From: an uncultured Lachnospiraceae bacterium
GTDB lineage: Bacteria; Bacillota; Clostridia; Lachnospirales; Lachnospiraceae
Length of the DNA: 49,442 bases
Reading direction: 5' to 3'
Assembly (NCBI GenBank): GCA_949740745.1
Contig: CATJIW010000196.1
Location: 1 to 49,442 of the forward strand
The notes beneath the pieces were generated by a model that saw nothing but the letters and a program-made list of their open reading frames with translations, searched no databases and had not been told where the DNA came from. The translations under genes and the position numbers were made by a program. Each line of letters begins with the position of its first letter. The first letter of the stretch is position 1. Shown piece by piece: positions 17,186 through 26,448 of this stretch.

Positions 17186-18493
17186 TCAAGCCTCTTTACC
17201 AACAGTTCCTCTTCCTATACTCTCATAGGTGATCCCGCTTCCTTCAAACCTCTCGGACGGATAGCAGTTCCTCCCATCAATAATTATCGGCTTTTTCATC
17301 CGTTTCACAAAGAGCTCCGGCCGGATTTCCTGTATTTCCCTCCACTCTGTGAAGATCAGACAGAGCTCTGCCCCCTCAAGCGTCTCTTCAATGGTTTCAC
17401 AATATTCAATCTCTGACGGATAAAGCTTCCTGTAATTGGCCTCCCCGATGGGATCCCACGCCCGGATCAGGGCCCCCTCCTCCAGCAGGATCGGAAGATT
17501 AACCAAGGACGGCGCCTCCCTCAGATCGTCCGTACCCGGCTTAAAGGTCAGCCCCAGGACTGCGATTCTGACTCCCGCAAAATCCTCAAAATATTTCCGC
17601 GCCTTCCGGACCATCTTAAGCTTCTGGTTCTCATTGACCTCAATGGCGGCTTTTACGGTTTTCATCTCGTAATCATAAGAATTGGCCAGCCAATGAAGCG
17701 CTTTTGTATCTTTTGGAAAACAGGAGCCGCCATAACCAATCCCCGCCTTCAGGAATTTATTCCCGATCCTTGCGTCAAACCCCATTCCGGCAGTAACGTC
17801 TTCAATATCGGCCCCCACCAGCTCACAGAGATTGGCAATTTCATTAATATAAGAAATCTTAAGGGCCAGGAAGTCATTGGAAGCATATTTTACCATCTCT
17901 GCACTCTTCCGGTCGGTCACCAGCCTGGGAGCGTCAAAGTTTTCATACACCCGCAGCATGACCTCCTTTGCAAAATCATCCTCTGCCCCGATCACGATTC
18001 TGGAGGCATGAAGAGTATCTCTCACTGCCGTCCCCTGAGCCAGAAATTCCGGATTGGACACGACAGCGATCCGGACCTGCGCCTTCCGTTCTCTCTGGAT
18101 CAGCTTTTCCACCTTGTCGTTGGTACCGATGGGCACCGTAGATTTGACCACCACCACGCAGTCTCTCTCTGCCGTGTGGGCGATCTGCCTGGCCGCCTCA
18201 TAAACATAGGTTAAATTGGCGGAACCGTCCTTCTTCTCCGGCGTCCCGACCCCGATAAAAATCACTTCCGCATCCCGGTATGCCTCCGCATAGTCCGTAG
18301 TAAAGGTCAGCCGCTCTTTATTTTTTTTCATCAGCTCCGACAGGCCCTCCTCGTAAATGGGGGAGAGCCCCTGCCTCATCAGCTCCACCTTTTTCTCATC
18401 AATATCCACACAGCACACAGAATGCCCGTGCTCTGCCAGACAAACGCCTGTCACCAGCCCCACATATCCTGTTCCTGCCACTGCAATTTTCAT
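17186..18493 (-). CDS. ugd: UDP-glucose 6-dehydrogenase
   Basis: KIAVAGTGYVGL, KSTVPIGT, SNPEFL, GYGGSCFPKD and FKPGTDDLRE motifs. An alternative GTG start lies at 18502. Confidence 0.95.
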   Translation of the reverse strand: MKIAVAGTGYVGLVTGVCLAEHGHSVCCVDIDEKKVELMRQGLSPIYEEGLSELMKKNKERLTFTTDYAEAYRDAEVIFIGVGTPEKKDGSANLTYVYEAARQIAHTAERDCVVVVKSTVPIGTNDKVEKLIQRERKAQVRIAVVSNPEFLAQGTAVRDTLHASRIVIGAEDDFAKEVMLRVYENFDAPRLVTDRKSAEMVKYASNDFLALKISYINEIANLCELVGADIEDVTAGMGFDARIGNKFLKAGIGYGGSCFPKDTKALHWLANSYDYEMKTVKAAIEVNENQKLKMVRKARKYFEDFAGVRIAVLGLTFKPGTDDLREAPSLVNLPILLEEGALIRAWDPIGEANYRKLYPSEIEYCETIEETLEGAELCLIFTEWREIQEIRPELFVKRMKKPIIIDGRNCYPSERFEGSGITYESIGRGTVGKEA

Positions 18494-18498
18494 ATCTG

Positions 18499-19494
18499 TC
18501 ACACTCCGTTCCTATGCCGCTTCCACTCGTCCGCAAGAGCGGCAATCTTATCTGCCAGGGCTTCTGCATTCCCCATTTCTACAAAATGCGTCCTGCCGTC
18601 CCCTTCCCGGTAAAGCTCTCTGTTCGCCTTATTGTCCCCCAGGACCATCGGTTTTTCCATGGCCCGGTAAATATAAGCCTTTCCCGGAATCGTCCGTTTG
18701 GCCTTCCCGATCGTCCCGTGAAAATGCCCGGCCAGGCACAGATCCGCTCCGGCAATTGCTTCCGCCAGCGCCTCCTGGGAAAGCCACGGAATATACCGGA
18801 CATGGGACGTATTCGGCTTCTTTGCATGTTCCCCCAAAGGGCCGATCATGTAAAAAAAGATGTCCTCTCTCATCCGCAGGCGCTCCATCGCCTCCAGAAT
18901 CACGGGCACACCCTGAAGAGGGAGAACACTCCCAAAATATAATACCACAAACCGTTCTTCGAATCCACCCTCTTTTTTCTGCTCTCTGGGATAATAGATG
19001 GAAGCATCCGCTTCCAGATAAAGTGTATACAGCTTCTCCGCAGCCGCCCCCAGCTCTTTCACAAAGTAGGCTCCGTGGGCCTTTGTGTCGGCCACAACCT
19101 TATCTGACAGGGCAAGAGTCTTTTCATCCAGCCGTTTTAACAGCCGGACCGGGAAACTTCCGTCTTTGAATTTTTTCCTGTCCCAAACCAGCGTATCGTA
19201 CATGGAAATAAAAAAGTCAACGGCCAGCTCCCGTTTCCGAAGCCGCCGGAAAAAGGGAACAACCAGCTGAGGCGCAAAGCCTACAAAGATCAGGTCATAA
19301 GGCTTCATGCCTGTCAAAAGCAGCCTTCCGTAAACAGAGAGCAGCCTTCTCAGATAACTTTTTTTACAGGAACCAATGACCTTGACAGAAGCCGCCCGCT
19401 CCCGGATCAAACGGATTTCCTGACTGTTCCGGATATAATCCAGATTTTTTGTGGTAATAAAAAGTACCGTTTTATGATTCAGAAATTCCAGCAT
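18499..19494 (-). CDS. GT4 family glycosyltransferase
   Basis: VLYFGSVLPLQGV...ADLCLAGHF...IPGKAY GT-B C-terminal half. Start moved to MLEFLN. Confidence 0.75.
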   Translation of the reverse strand: MLEFLNHKTVLFITTKNLDYIRNSQEIRLIRERAASVKVIGSCKKSYLRRLLSVYGRLLLTGMKPYDLIFVGFAPQLVVPFFRRLRKRELAVDFFISMYDTLVWDRKKFKDGSFPVRLLKRLDEKTLALSDKVVADTKAHGAYFVKELGAAAEKLYTLYLEADASIYYPREQKKEGGFEERFVVLYFGSVLPLQGVPVILEAMERLRMREDIFFYMIGPLGEHAKKPNTSHVRYIPWLSQEALAEAIAGADLCLAGHFHGTIGKAKRTIPGKAYIYRAMEKPMVLGDNKANRELYREGDGRTHFVEMGNAEALADKIAALADEWKRHRNGV

Positions 19495-20470
19495 GTTTCT
19501 TCCTTCTCCCGGTGATCCAATAATACAGTTTAAAGCCTGAAAAAGCGGCCATTTCTCCCAAGATCGTCCAGATCCTTGCTGTGACCACAATCAGGATCAC
19601 CAGCTCACGGGCCTGCCGCTCTCCAAGAAGGATTTTTAAAATCCCCTCCCGGATCCCCATGCCGTTGGGTGAAGGACTTAAGAATCCCGCCACCCAGGAA
19701 ACAGGATAGGAAAGCACCAGATAAATCCCCTGAAGCACGTCAAAATCAGAAAAGGCCGCCGCCAGTACCAGAAGCCCGGCCCCAGTCGCCAGCCAGGCTC
19801 CCACATACCGCAAAAGCGCCTGATACACAAAGCTCCGTTTCAAACGAATATCTCCGCAGTCCTTTTTCATAATCCCGGAGAGGATCCGGATCCCCAGACC
19901 GATCCAGGACGGAAGCAGGAAAAGAACGGCCGCCGCCAGAACACAGGCCGCCGCCGGCCAGGCGTTCCCTCTGCCCCGAAATAAAAACGGAATCAGGATC
20001 ACAAAAAACAATCCGCTGGAAACGATCTGGAACACATACTCCAGAATGATGCTGACCGTCGCCGTCCGGGCAGAGACCCCTTTTTTATTACACAGATACG
20101 CCTTGCCCACGATACTCCAGATCCCCCCCGGAATATAACGGGCCAGAGCGCTTACCATATGGGCGTTCAGATATTCTCTCCTGCCGGGTCCCGTCTCCAT
20201 TTTCCACAGAAGCCAAGTCCAGTTATAACCGGTAAGCAGAAATGCCAGGCCGTAAAGGGCCACAGACAGCAGGAACAGCGGAACCTTCATATTGGCCAGA
20301 TAGGGAACGACCGATTCCCAGTTGTCAATAATATCTTTTATCATAAACCAGAGGATCAAAAGCCCCACAAAAAGGCCGCCCGCCTTAAACGCCTTTTTTT
20401 TCCAGTTACTTTTCCTTTTTTTCTGATCCGTTTCCAAATCCGTTTTCTCCAGATTTTTTTCTGCCATCAT
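19472..20470 (-). CDS. LPG-synthase-TM/UPF0104-type membrane protein (putative lipid-linked sugar flippase)
   Basis: About 8 TM helices with ARYIPGGIW and SPSPNGMGIRE motifs. Confidence 0.8.
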   Translation of the reverse strand: MMAEKNLEKTDLETDQKKRKSNWKKKAFKAGGLFVGLLILWFMIKDIIDNWESVVPYLANMKVPLFLLSVALYGLAFLLTGYNWTWLLWKMETGPGRREYLNAHMVSALARYIPGGIWSIVGKAYLCNKKGVSARTATVSIILEYVFQIVSSGLFFVILIPFLFRGRGNAWPAAACVLAAAVLFLLPSWIGLGIRILSGIMKKDCGDIRLKRSFVYQALLRYVGAWLATGAGLLVLAAAFSDFDVLQGIYLVLSYPVSWVAGFLSPSPNGMGIREGILKILLGERQARELVILIVVTARIWTILGEMAAFSGFKLYYWITGRRKKHAGISES

Positions 20471-21428
20471 CCTGACCTCTGCTTTTCACGCCGTCATACT
20501 CCATCCTTCTCACATGATACTGCACGTCCTCCAGAAGCTTCCGGTTGGCGGCGATCACGTCTGCCAGAAAACCGATCACAATGATCTGGAAGCCCAGGAG
20601 GAGCAGGGTGCTGCAAAGGATCAGCGACTGGACATGCCCGCCTCCCGTTCCCATAAAAAAATAAACCAGGAAACGGACGCCGAGTGCGGCTCCCAAAAGG
20701 AATATGACACTGCCGACAATCGCAAAGAATTTCATCGGCTTATACATCATAAAAGCCCGGAATATGGTCACCATGGACTTTTTCACATAACCGAACATAC
20801 TGTTAAACAATCGGGAAGGCCGAAGCTCCTCGTTGGTCCGGATCGGAACGGATTCCATGGCAATCTTGCTTCTTCCCGCCTGGACGATGGTCTCCAGCGT
20901 ATAGGTATACTCATTGACCACATTAAGCCTCATGGCAGCTTCCCGGCTGTAGGCCCGAAACCCGCTGGGCGCATCCGGAATGTCGCTTTTGGAAGCCTTC
21001 CGCACCACATAGCTTCCCAAATGCTGAAGCTTTTTTTTCAGGAACGAGAAATGCTCCGTCTGATCAATGGGGCGGGCTCCGATCACGATATCCGTCCTTC
21101 CCTCCAGAATGGGCCGCACCAGCTTTTCAATATCCTCGGCGCAGTACTGGTTGTCCGCATCCGTATTGACGATCAGATCGGCCCCGTTACGCAGGCAAGC
21201 GTCCAGGCCGGCCATAAAGCCTTTGGCAAGCCCTTTGTTTTTCTTAAAATTCACCACATAATGAACGCCCCAGTCCCTGGCCACCTGCACCGTCCGGTCT
21301 TTGCTTCCGTCATTGATGATCAGATATTCAATCTCATCAATGCCGTCAATGTGTCTCGGAAGCGCATCCAGAGCGATCGTCAGCGTTTTTTCCTCGTTAT
21401 AACAAGGCATCTGAATGATTAATTTCAT
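20406..21428 (-). CDS. GT2 polyprenol-phosphate glycosyltransferase (DPM1/GtrB-like, 2 C-terminal TM helices)
   Basis: IQMPCYNEE, INDGSKD, NTDADNQY and DAPSGFRAYS motifs. Confidence 0.88.
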   Translation of the reverse strand: MKLIIQMPCYNEEKTLTIALDALPRHIDGIDEIEYLIINDGSKDRTVQVARDWGVHYVVNFKKNKGLAKGFMAGLDACLRNGADLIVNTDADNQYCAEDIEKLVRPILEGRTDIVIGARPIDQTEHFSFLKKKLQHLGSYVVRKASKSDIPDAPSGFRAYSREAAMRLNVVNEYTYTLETIVQAGRSKIAMESVPIRTNEELRPSRLFNSMFGYVKKSMVTIFRAFMMYKPMKFFAIVGSVIFLLGAALGVRFLVYFFMGTGGGHVQSLILCSTLLLLGFQIIVIGFLADVIAANRKLLEDVQYHVRRMEYDGVKSRGQDDGRKKSGENGFGNGSEKKEK

Positions 21429-21453
21429 GATCCTCCCTACTTTCGTATCTCAG

Positions 21454-23916
21454 TCACAGACAGTAAAAATTTTCGTTTTTGATAAGAAAATAAATGAAAT
21501 CACCGTACAGGAATATGGCTGCTGACACCGCAGTGGCCATATTCACGATTTTCCCTGCCGCCGCTTTTTTTTCGGAGAACAAAATGTTTTCTCTCGCCCA
21601 AATATAAGCAAACAATCCTAACACACATAAATAATACCGGCTCTGCAGTCCGCCCGGATACCCGCTGAGAAAATAAAAAACATCGTATCCGTTTTTAAAC
21701 TGCAACAGACAGATCAGGAGCACACTGAGATAAAGCATCTGCAGAAATATTTTCTCGCACTGCTCCATCTTCGTCTTTTTACGGAACAACCCCAAAGGAA
21801 TCAGCCATATTACCGTCGGCCAAAGCCAGAACAGCCACCCTCCCTCTGTATTTTTATAAACGGCAAAAAATGTAGAATAGCATCCTGACCAGGTGGCAAG
21901 AAACTGCGATAACGCATGCTTTATATACTCCGGTACGGAATATACATTCCTCATCGCATATTCTGTAAAAAAGGCAGAATTCCTGTATCCTTCATAATCC
22001 AGCTTCTGGTAGCTCGGCTGAATAGATCCGGTCTGTCTGTATACCATCACAAAATACAGGATCACAAGCAGATACACTGGCACCGTAGGCCAAAATGCCG
22101 GCCGGAAAATTTCTCCCGGCTTTCGCCTTACCATCAATTCCCACAGCAAATACCCCCAGACAGCCAGGACAATAATAGCACCTGCCGTAACTTTCCCCAT
22201 CAGCATTGCCATTACTCCAAGAGCGATCGCCCAATACGTTTTCCAGTCTCTGTCAGACTGCACAAACCGCAGCATCCCAAACGCAGAAAGCGCCCCTCCC
22301 AGAAAAGTCAGCGTATCGTTATTTAATCCGGATCCTGTAAAACATACCATGGGAATGCTGACAATGATGGTTCCAAATAACAGATGTTGTAACGGGTATC
22401 GCTTATCTAAATATCTGTATCCTACCCAAAACCACAATGCCAGTGCGGCCAGCATGACCGCAGCCGACATGCCCCTCAGCCTTGTATAATCTGCAAGAAA
22501 GCTCCCATCCTCCTGAATACGCACGCCCCCGGACAGCTTCAGCATATGGTAATACAGAGGCGGATGGCACAAATAATTCAGTCTGCCGTCAAATTCATAT
22601 CGAAGCTCCCCTCCTCTGTAAGTAGAAAGCCTTTCTGCTGTCGCCCGTTCCATTTCATCAAACTGCGGTATAAGCTTCCCGGTTTTTTCCAGATAAGCAA
22701 CATAAGCAACATGTGCCTCTTCATCTGGAATCTGTCCGATCTGTGCCGCATAATACCACATCTTCAAACCGGCAAATATAAGAAGCAATAAATAAATACC
22801 TCTGATTACCCTTTTCTCTGTCAGCCCGAAACGTTTATAAAGGATTGCAAAGGCAACCAGTCCGCCTCCGAAAACCGCTGTCAGCAGGATCAGCCACCGA
22901 TACATAACGCTTTCATATAAAAATTTCACCGAAACCGGTATCTTTTCCTCTACTCCGTCATAACGGATCTCCACGCTCACAGTCTCACCGGACAGCCGGT
23001 TTAAATAATCTGAAACAAAGGATACCGCCCTTCCCTCCACCAATGCTTCTGCAGAAATTTTCTTAGTATAAACCTCATTGTTATTTACGCTAAAAACAAC
23101 CTCAACCTCTTTTACCTTCTGCAAAAATGTCCGTTCTTCCTCTTCATACTGAATCGCAAGTCCGGTAAAAGTTTTATTTTCTGCCAGCGTAACCTCCTCC
23201 GGCATCTGGACCTTCCGTTCTTCCTGTATATAATATCGATCCGGCAATTCCGCAAACACAAAGATGACAAAAGCTGCCGCCGCCAACAGGCAGCATGCGG
23301 CAATCCCTCCCTTTACCGCCGTTTTTTTTCCTTTCCATTCCCAAAGAAGATAAACAATGTACAACATGCCAAGAACTGTCTGAAGCCCCGCCTTCAGCAT
23401 CCAGTTATTATTGGCAGCTCCCACCAGCTTCCCGGTCAAGTTCGGATTCAGCAAAAACGCCGCATCTTTCTTGCTGTCCTGAATCGCATAACTGCCGTCA
23501 TTTTCTATCTCTACTCGATTGCCACCCAAAACTGCGGCCTGTGTTTTTAGCTCCTCTGCACAAATGGTTCCCAAAAGAATTTTTTTACTTTTAAAAAACT
23601 GTGAATAAATTTTTATATTTTTAATCCGATATATCCCGTCGCCGGTTCCGGGATCAATTCGGATCTCGCCGCAGGAAAGGAGCGCCGGATCAATCCAAAG
23701 CTCAGCCTTGCCGTCCAAAATGGCTCCACTGCTGCTGTTTTCCAGTTCAAATCCGTTTCCCTGATTGAAAAACATCTGTGCCGAATCCTGATCATATTCG
23801 CCGTCATACTCTATTATGACCCTCACATTTACCGCTCGTGCAGACATGACCAGCCATATTGCCAGGCTGAACAATACTGCCAATGCCGTAACTACGTATT
23901 TTCTGATCTTCTGCAT
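21454..23916 (-). CDS. Large GT-C-type membrane protein (DUF2142-like) with extracellular beta domains
   Basis: PDEEAHVAY, HPPLYY, LNND and GLQSRYYL motifs; many TM helices. Start moved to MQKIRK. Confidence 0.72.
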   Translation of the reverse strand: MQKIRKYVVTALAVLFSLAIWLVMSARAVNVRVIIEYDGEYDQDSAQMFFNQGNGFELENSSSGAILDGKAELWIDPALLSCGEIRIDPGTGDGIYRIKNIKIYSQFFKSKKILLGTICAEELKTQAAVLGGNRVEIENDGSYAIQDSKKDAAFLLNPNLTGKLVGAANNNWMLKAGLQTVLGMLYIVYLLWEWKGKKTAVKGGIAACCLLAAAAFVIFVFAELPDRYYIQEERKVQMPEEVTLAENKTFTGLAIQYEEEERTFLQKVKEVEVVFSVNNNEVYTKKISAEALVEGRAVSFVSDYLNRLSGETVSVEIRYDGVEEKIPVSVKFLYESVMYRWLILLTAVFGGGLVAFAILYKRFGLTEKRVIRGIYLLLLIFAGLKMWYYAAQIGQIPDEEAHVAYVAYLEKTGKLIPQFDEMERATAERLSTYRGGELRYEFDGRLNYLCHPPLYYHMLKLSGGVRIQEDGSFLADYTRLRGMSAAVMLAALALWFWVGYRYLDKRYPLQHLLFGTIIVSIPMVCFTGSGLNNDTLTFLGGALSAFGMLRFVQSDRDWKTYWAIALGVMAMLMGKVTAGAIIVLAVWGYLLWELMVRRKPGEIFRPAFWPTVPVYLLVILYFVMVYRQTGSIQPSYQKLDYEGYRNSAFFTEYAMRNVYSVPEYIKHALSQFLATWSGCYSTFFAVYKNTEGGWLFWLWPTVIWLIPLGLFRKKTKMEQCEKIFLQMLYLSVLLICLLQFKNGYDVFYFLSGYPGGLQSRYYLCVLGLFAYIWARENILFSEKKAAAGKIVNMATAVSAAIFLYGDFIYFLIKNENFYCL

Positions 23917-23957
23917 GATCTCTTCTCCCTGACACACTTGCATCTCTGCTTTTTTTC

Positions 23958-26429
23958 TCAATGCTGCTGCAAATCCAGACGCTCTGGCGTCCAGCAGACT
24001 CTCTGATCCCCGGTTTTTATATGCCGCATAACAATGCCGGTCTGAAAGCATCTCCCATGCTGTTTAAGCGCCTCCTTATCAAGCACAGCTGTAAACCCGC
24101 TGTTCATAAGGCTGTTTCCCATTTTGGAAAGGGATGCCAGATCCGGCCTTGCTTTCCATTCCGTTTCTATTTCCCATACATTTTCCAAATCGTCCTTTAA
24201 AAGAAGCTTTCGTTCCCATAAATGATTATCCTTCCTGTCCGAAATATATCCCCATCCGGAAATAACCACTTCTTCCGCAATCTCTATATGATCGATTCCG
24301 GCCTTCATCTTGTTATCAGAAACGAACTGCTGTTTCCTCCGGCTTTCCGGCACATGCAGAGCTTTATCTGCCGAAATCTTCTGCGGCAGCACATAATCTG
24401 TAATTCGCAGACTTCGCTCTCTGCCCTGTCTGCCTTTTACCACAAGAGCGATCTGGTACTCCTGTCCATGCTCCAGGCATGCCAGATCCAGATCACACTG
24501 AAACCCGGAAAAAGGAAGCCCCCTGGATTCTGGGAACGCCGCTGCCATATCCTTTCGGAACACCTTCTGCGTCTCCGCTTCATATGATTTCCCCCGGTTT
24601 CCCAGAAAAGCCAAAGAAACTTCTGTATCCAGCGAACTGCCTCCATCTCCTTCATAAGCCCATCCATGCATATGAAATTTGGCTCCGGCTTCAAACTGAT
24701 CAATGAAAAAATGCAGAACTTCCCCGATTTTCAGATTTTCCGCCTTAAATTCCTTCAGTCTGCAGAATACAGGTTCCTTTGCAGCCTGAATCTCATAATC
24801 CACGGCATCCTCAGTTAAATTAGAGCTATAAAAGGGATCCTTCTCTTTATACCATGGATGCTTTGCATACAGAAGCTCCCTCTCGTTCCGGAGCCTGTCT
24901 TCATTGTCCTCGCCCCGGCTCAAAGATTCGTAGTGATACAGGATCACGTCATTACGAACGGAATTATAATATCCCTTTTCATACAGCCTGAGACACAGAT
25001 CCACATCATTATACGCCACCGGAATCGCCTCGTCAAAGGCTCCGGCTTCCCGAAATTTCCGGGCAGAAACCAGAAGACAGGCGCCTGTCACCGCCGAATA
25101 ATTCCACGTAACACGGTTCTTTCCAAAATAATGAACCGCCCGGTCGTCGGCGCCCTGCAGCCCGTGACACGGCCCAGTCTTCAGGCCGATCACTCCCGCA
25201 TGCTGCAGTTTATGGCTGTCCGGATAAAGCAGCTTCGCTCCCACTGCCCCGGCATGCTTTAAGGCAGCCTGTCCCAGCAGAATACCCAGCCAGTCTCCAA
25301 GGCGCACCTCCGTGTCATCATTTAAAAACAAAAGATATTCTCCCGATGCGGCTGCGGCACCCTGGTTGCACATGGCTGAAAAATTAAAGAACTGCTTCTC
25401 ATATAAATATTTACTGTTTTCCGCTTTGCAGAGTTCCGTTACAGCTGCTTTGTTCTCCTCCGAGCTGCCGTTGTCAACGACTATGATCTCATAATTTTTA
25501 TAAATGGTAAGCTTCCGAACAGATACCATACATCGTTTCAATACCTGAACATTGTCTTTTGAGGGAATGATAATGGAAACCAGAGGCGCTCCCTCCGCCT
25601 GATACACCACCTGATACTGCCCCATATCCGGAACAGCTGCAGTTTTTCCGGAAAGCCCTCTTCTCTCAAGTGCACTCTGCCTGACTGCTCTCAGGGCTTC
25701 TGCCCTGCGCTTTTTTTCCTGACAGCCCCGGAAGACAGTTTTCCTGTGCTTTTTTCTATGATACAGCACCTTCGGCACGTGTCCGATCCTGCAGCCCCTG
25801 CAGATTTCCGTAAATTTTAATAAAAAATCATACGCCTCTGCTTCAGAAAAACCGGCCCGGATCTCTCCCGCCCTTTCTGCAACAGTCCTTCTGTAGAAAG
25901 CCAGATGCTCCGCATAAGGAAAATCCATCAAAAGATCCGGAGACCAGTCCGGTTTAAAAAAAGGAGAAAACCTTTCTTTCCCATCTTCCGAGATCCAGTC
26001 TTCATCACTATAGATCAGATCATATTCCGGATTTTCATTCAGGGCTTTCACCATCTCGTAAAGCGCATCCGGAGCTAGCACATCGCCTGGATCCAGAAAA
26101 GCAATAAATTCCCCCTTTGCCTTCCGGGCCGGATCAGAGATCAGCTCCCAGTTCTGATAGACCTGTTTTTTGACGGATTCTGCAGACACCTGAGCCTCTG
26201 CCTCCTCTCCTCTTCCTGAGGAAAGAAAAACAGAAATAAGCGGAAGAAATTCCGGCAGCGGCCTCTTTTCCTCTGTTCTCTCATTTTCCGCCATCCATCG
26301 TCCATAACGGCTTTCCATCTCCTGCAGCGTCCTGGACTTTACAAATTCATAACCCTTTTTTCCATATTTTTTTCTGATCTGCCGCAGATCGTCATACCGC
26401 CCCGTCATTTTCAAATATTTCTGATCCAT
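23958..26429 (-). CDS. Two-domain GT2 glycosyltransferase (first domain degenerate) with two C-terminal beta modules
   Basis: YSDED and FKPDWSPD in domain 1; VSIIIPSKD, LFLNDDTE, AVTGACL and YNDVDLCL in domain 2. Confidence 0.88.
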   Translation of the reverse strand: MDQKYLKMTGRYDDLRQIRKKYGKKGYEFVKSRTLQEMESRYGRWMAENERTEEKRPLPEFLPLISVFLSSGRGEEAEAQVSAESVKKQVYQNWELISDPARKAKGEFIAFLDPGDVLAPDALYEMVKALNENPEYDLIYSDEDWISEDGKERFSPFFKPDWSPDLLMDFPYAEHLAFYRRTVAERAGEIRAGFSEAEAYDFLLKFTEICRGCRIGHVPKVLYHRKKHRKTVFRGCQEKKRRAEALRAVRQSALERRGLSGKTAAVPDMGQYQVVYQAEGAPLVSIIIPSKDNVQVLKRCMVSVRKLTIYKNYEIIVVDNGSSEENKAAVTELCKAENSKYLYEKQFFNFSAMCNQGAAAASGEYLLFLNDDTEVRLGDWLGILLGQAALKHAGAVGAKLLYPDSHKLQHAGVIGLKTGPCHGLQGADDRAVHYFGKNRVTWNYSAVTGACLLVSARKFREAGAFDEAIPVAYNDVDLCLRLYEKGYYNSVRNDVILYHYESLSRGEDNEDRLRNERELLYAKHPWYKEKDPFYSSNLTEDAVDYEIQAAKEPVFCRLKEFKAENLKIGEVLHFFIDQFEAGAKFHMHGWAYEGDGGSSLDTEVSLAFLGNRGKSYEAETQKVFRKDMAAAFPESRGLPFSGFQCDLDLACLEHGQEYQIALVVKGRQGRERSLRITDYVLPQKISADKALHVPESRRKQQFVSDNKMKAGIDHIEIAEEVVISGWGYISDRKDNHLWERKLLLKDDLENVWEIETEWKARPDLASLSKMGNSLMNSGFTAVLDKEALKQHGRCFQTGIVMRHIKTGDQRVCWTPERLDLQQH

Positions 26430-26448
26430 CCGCTTCCCCGCATTTACT

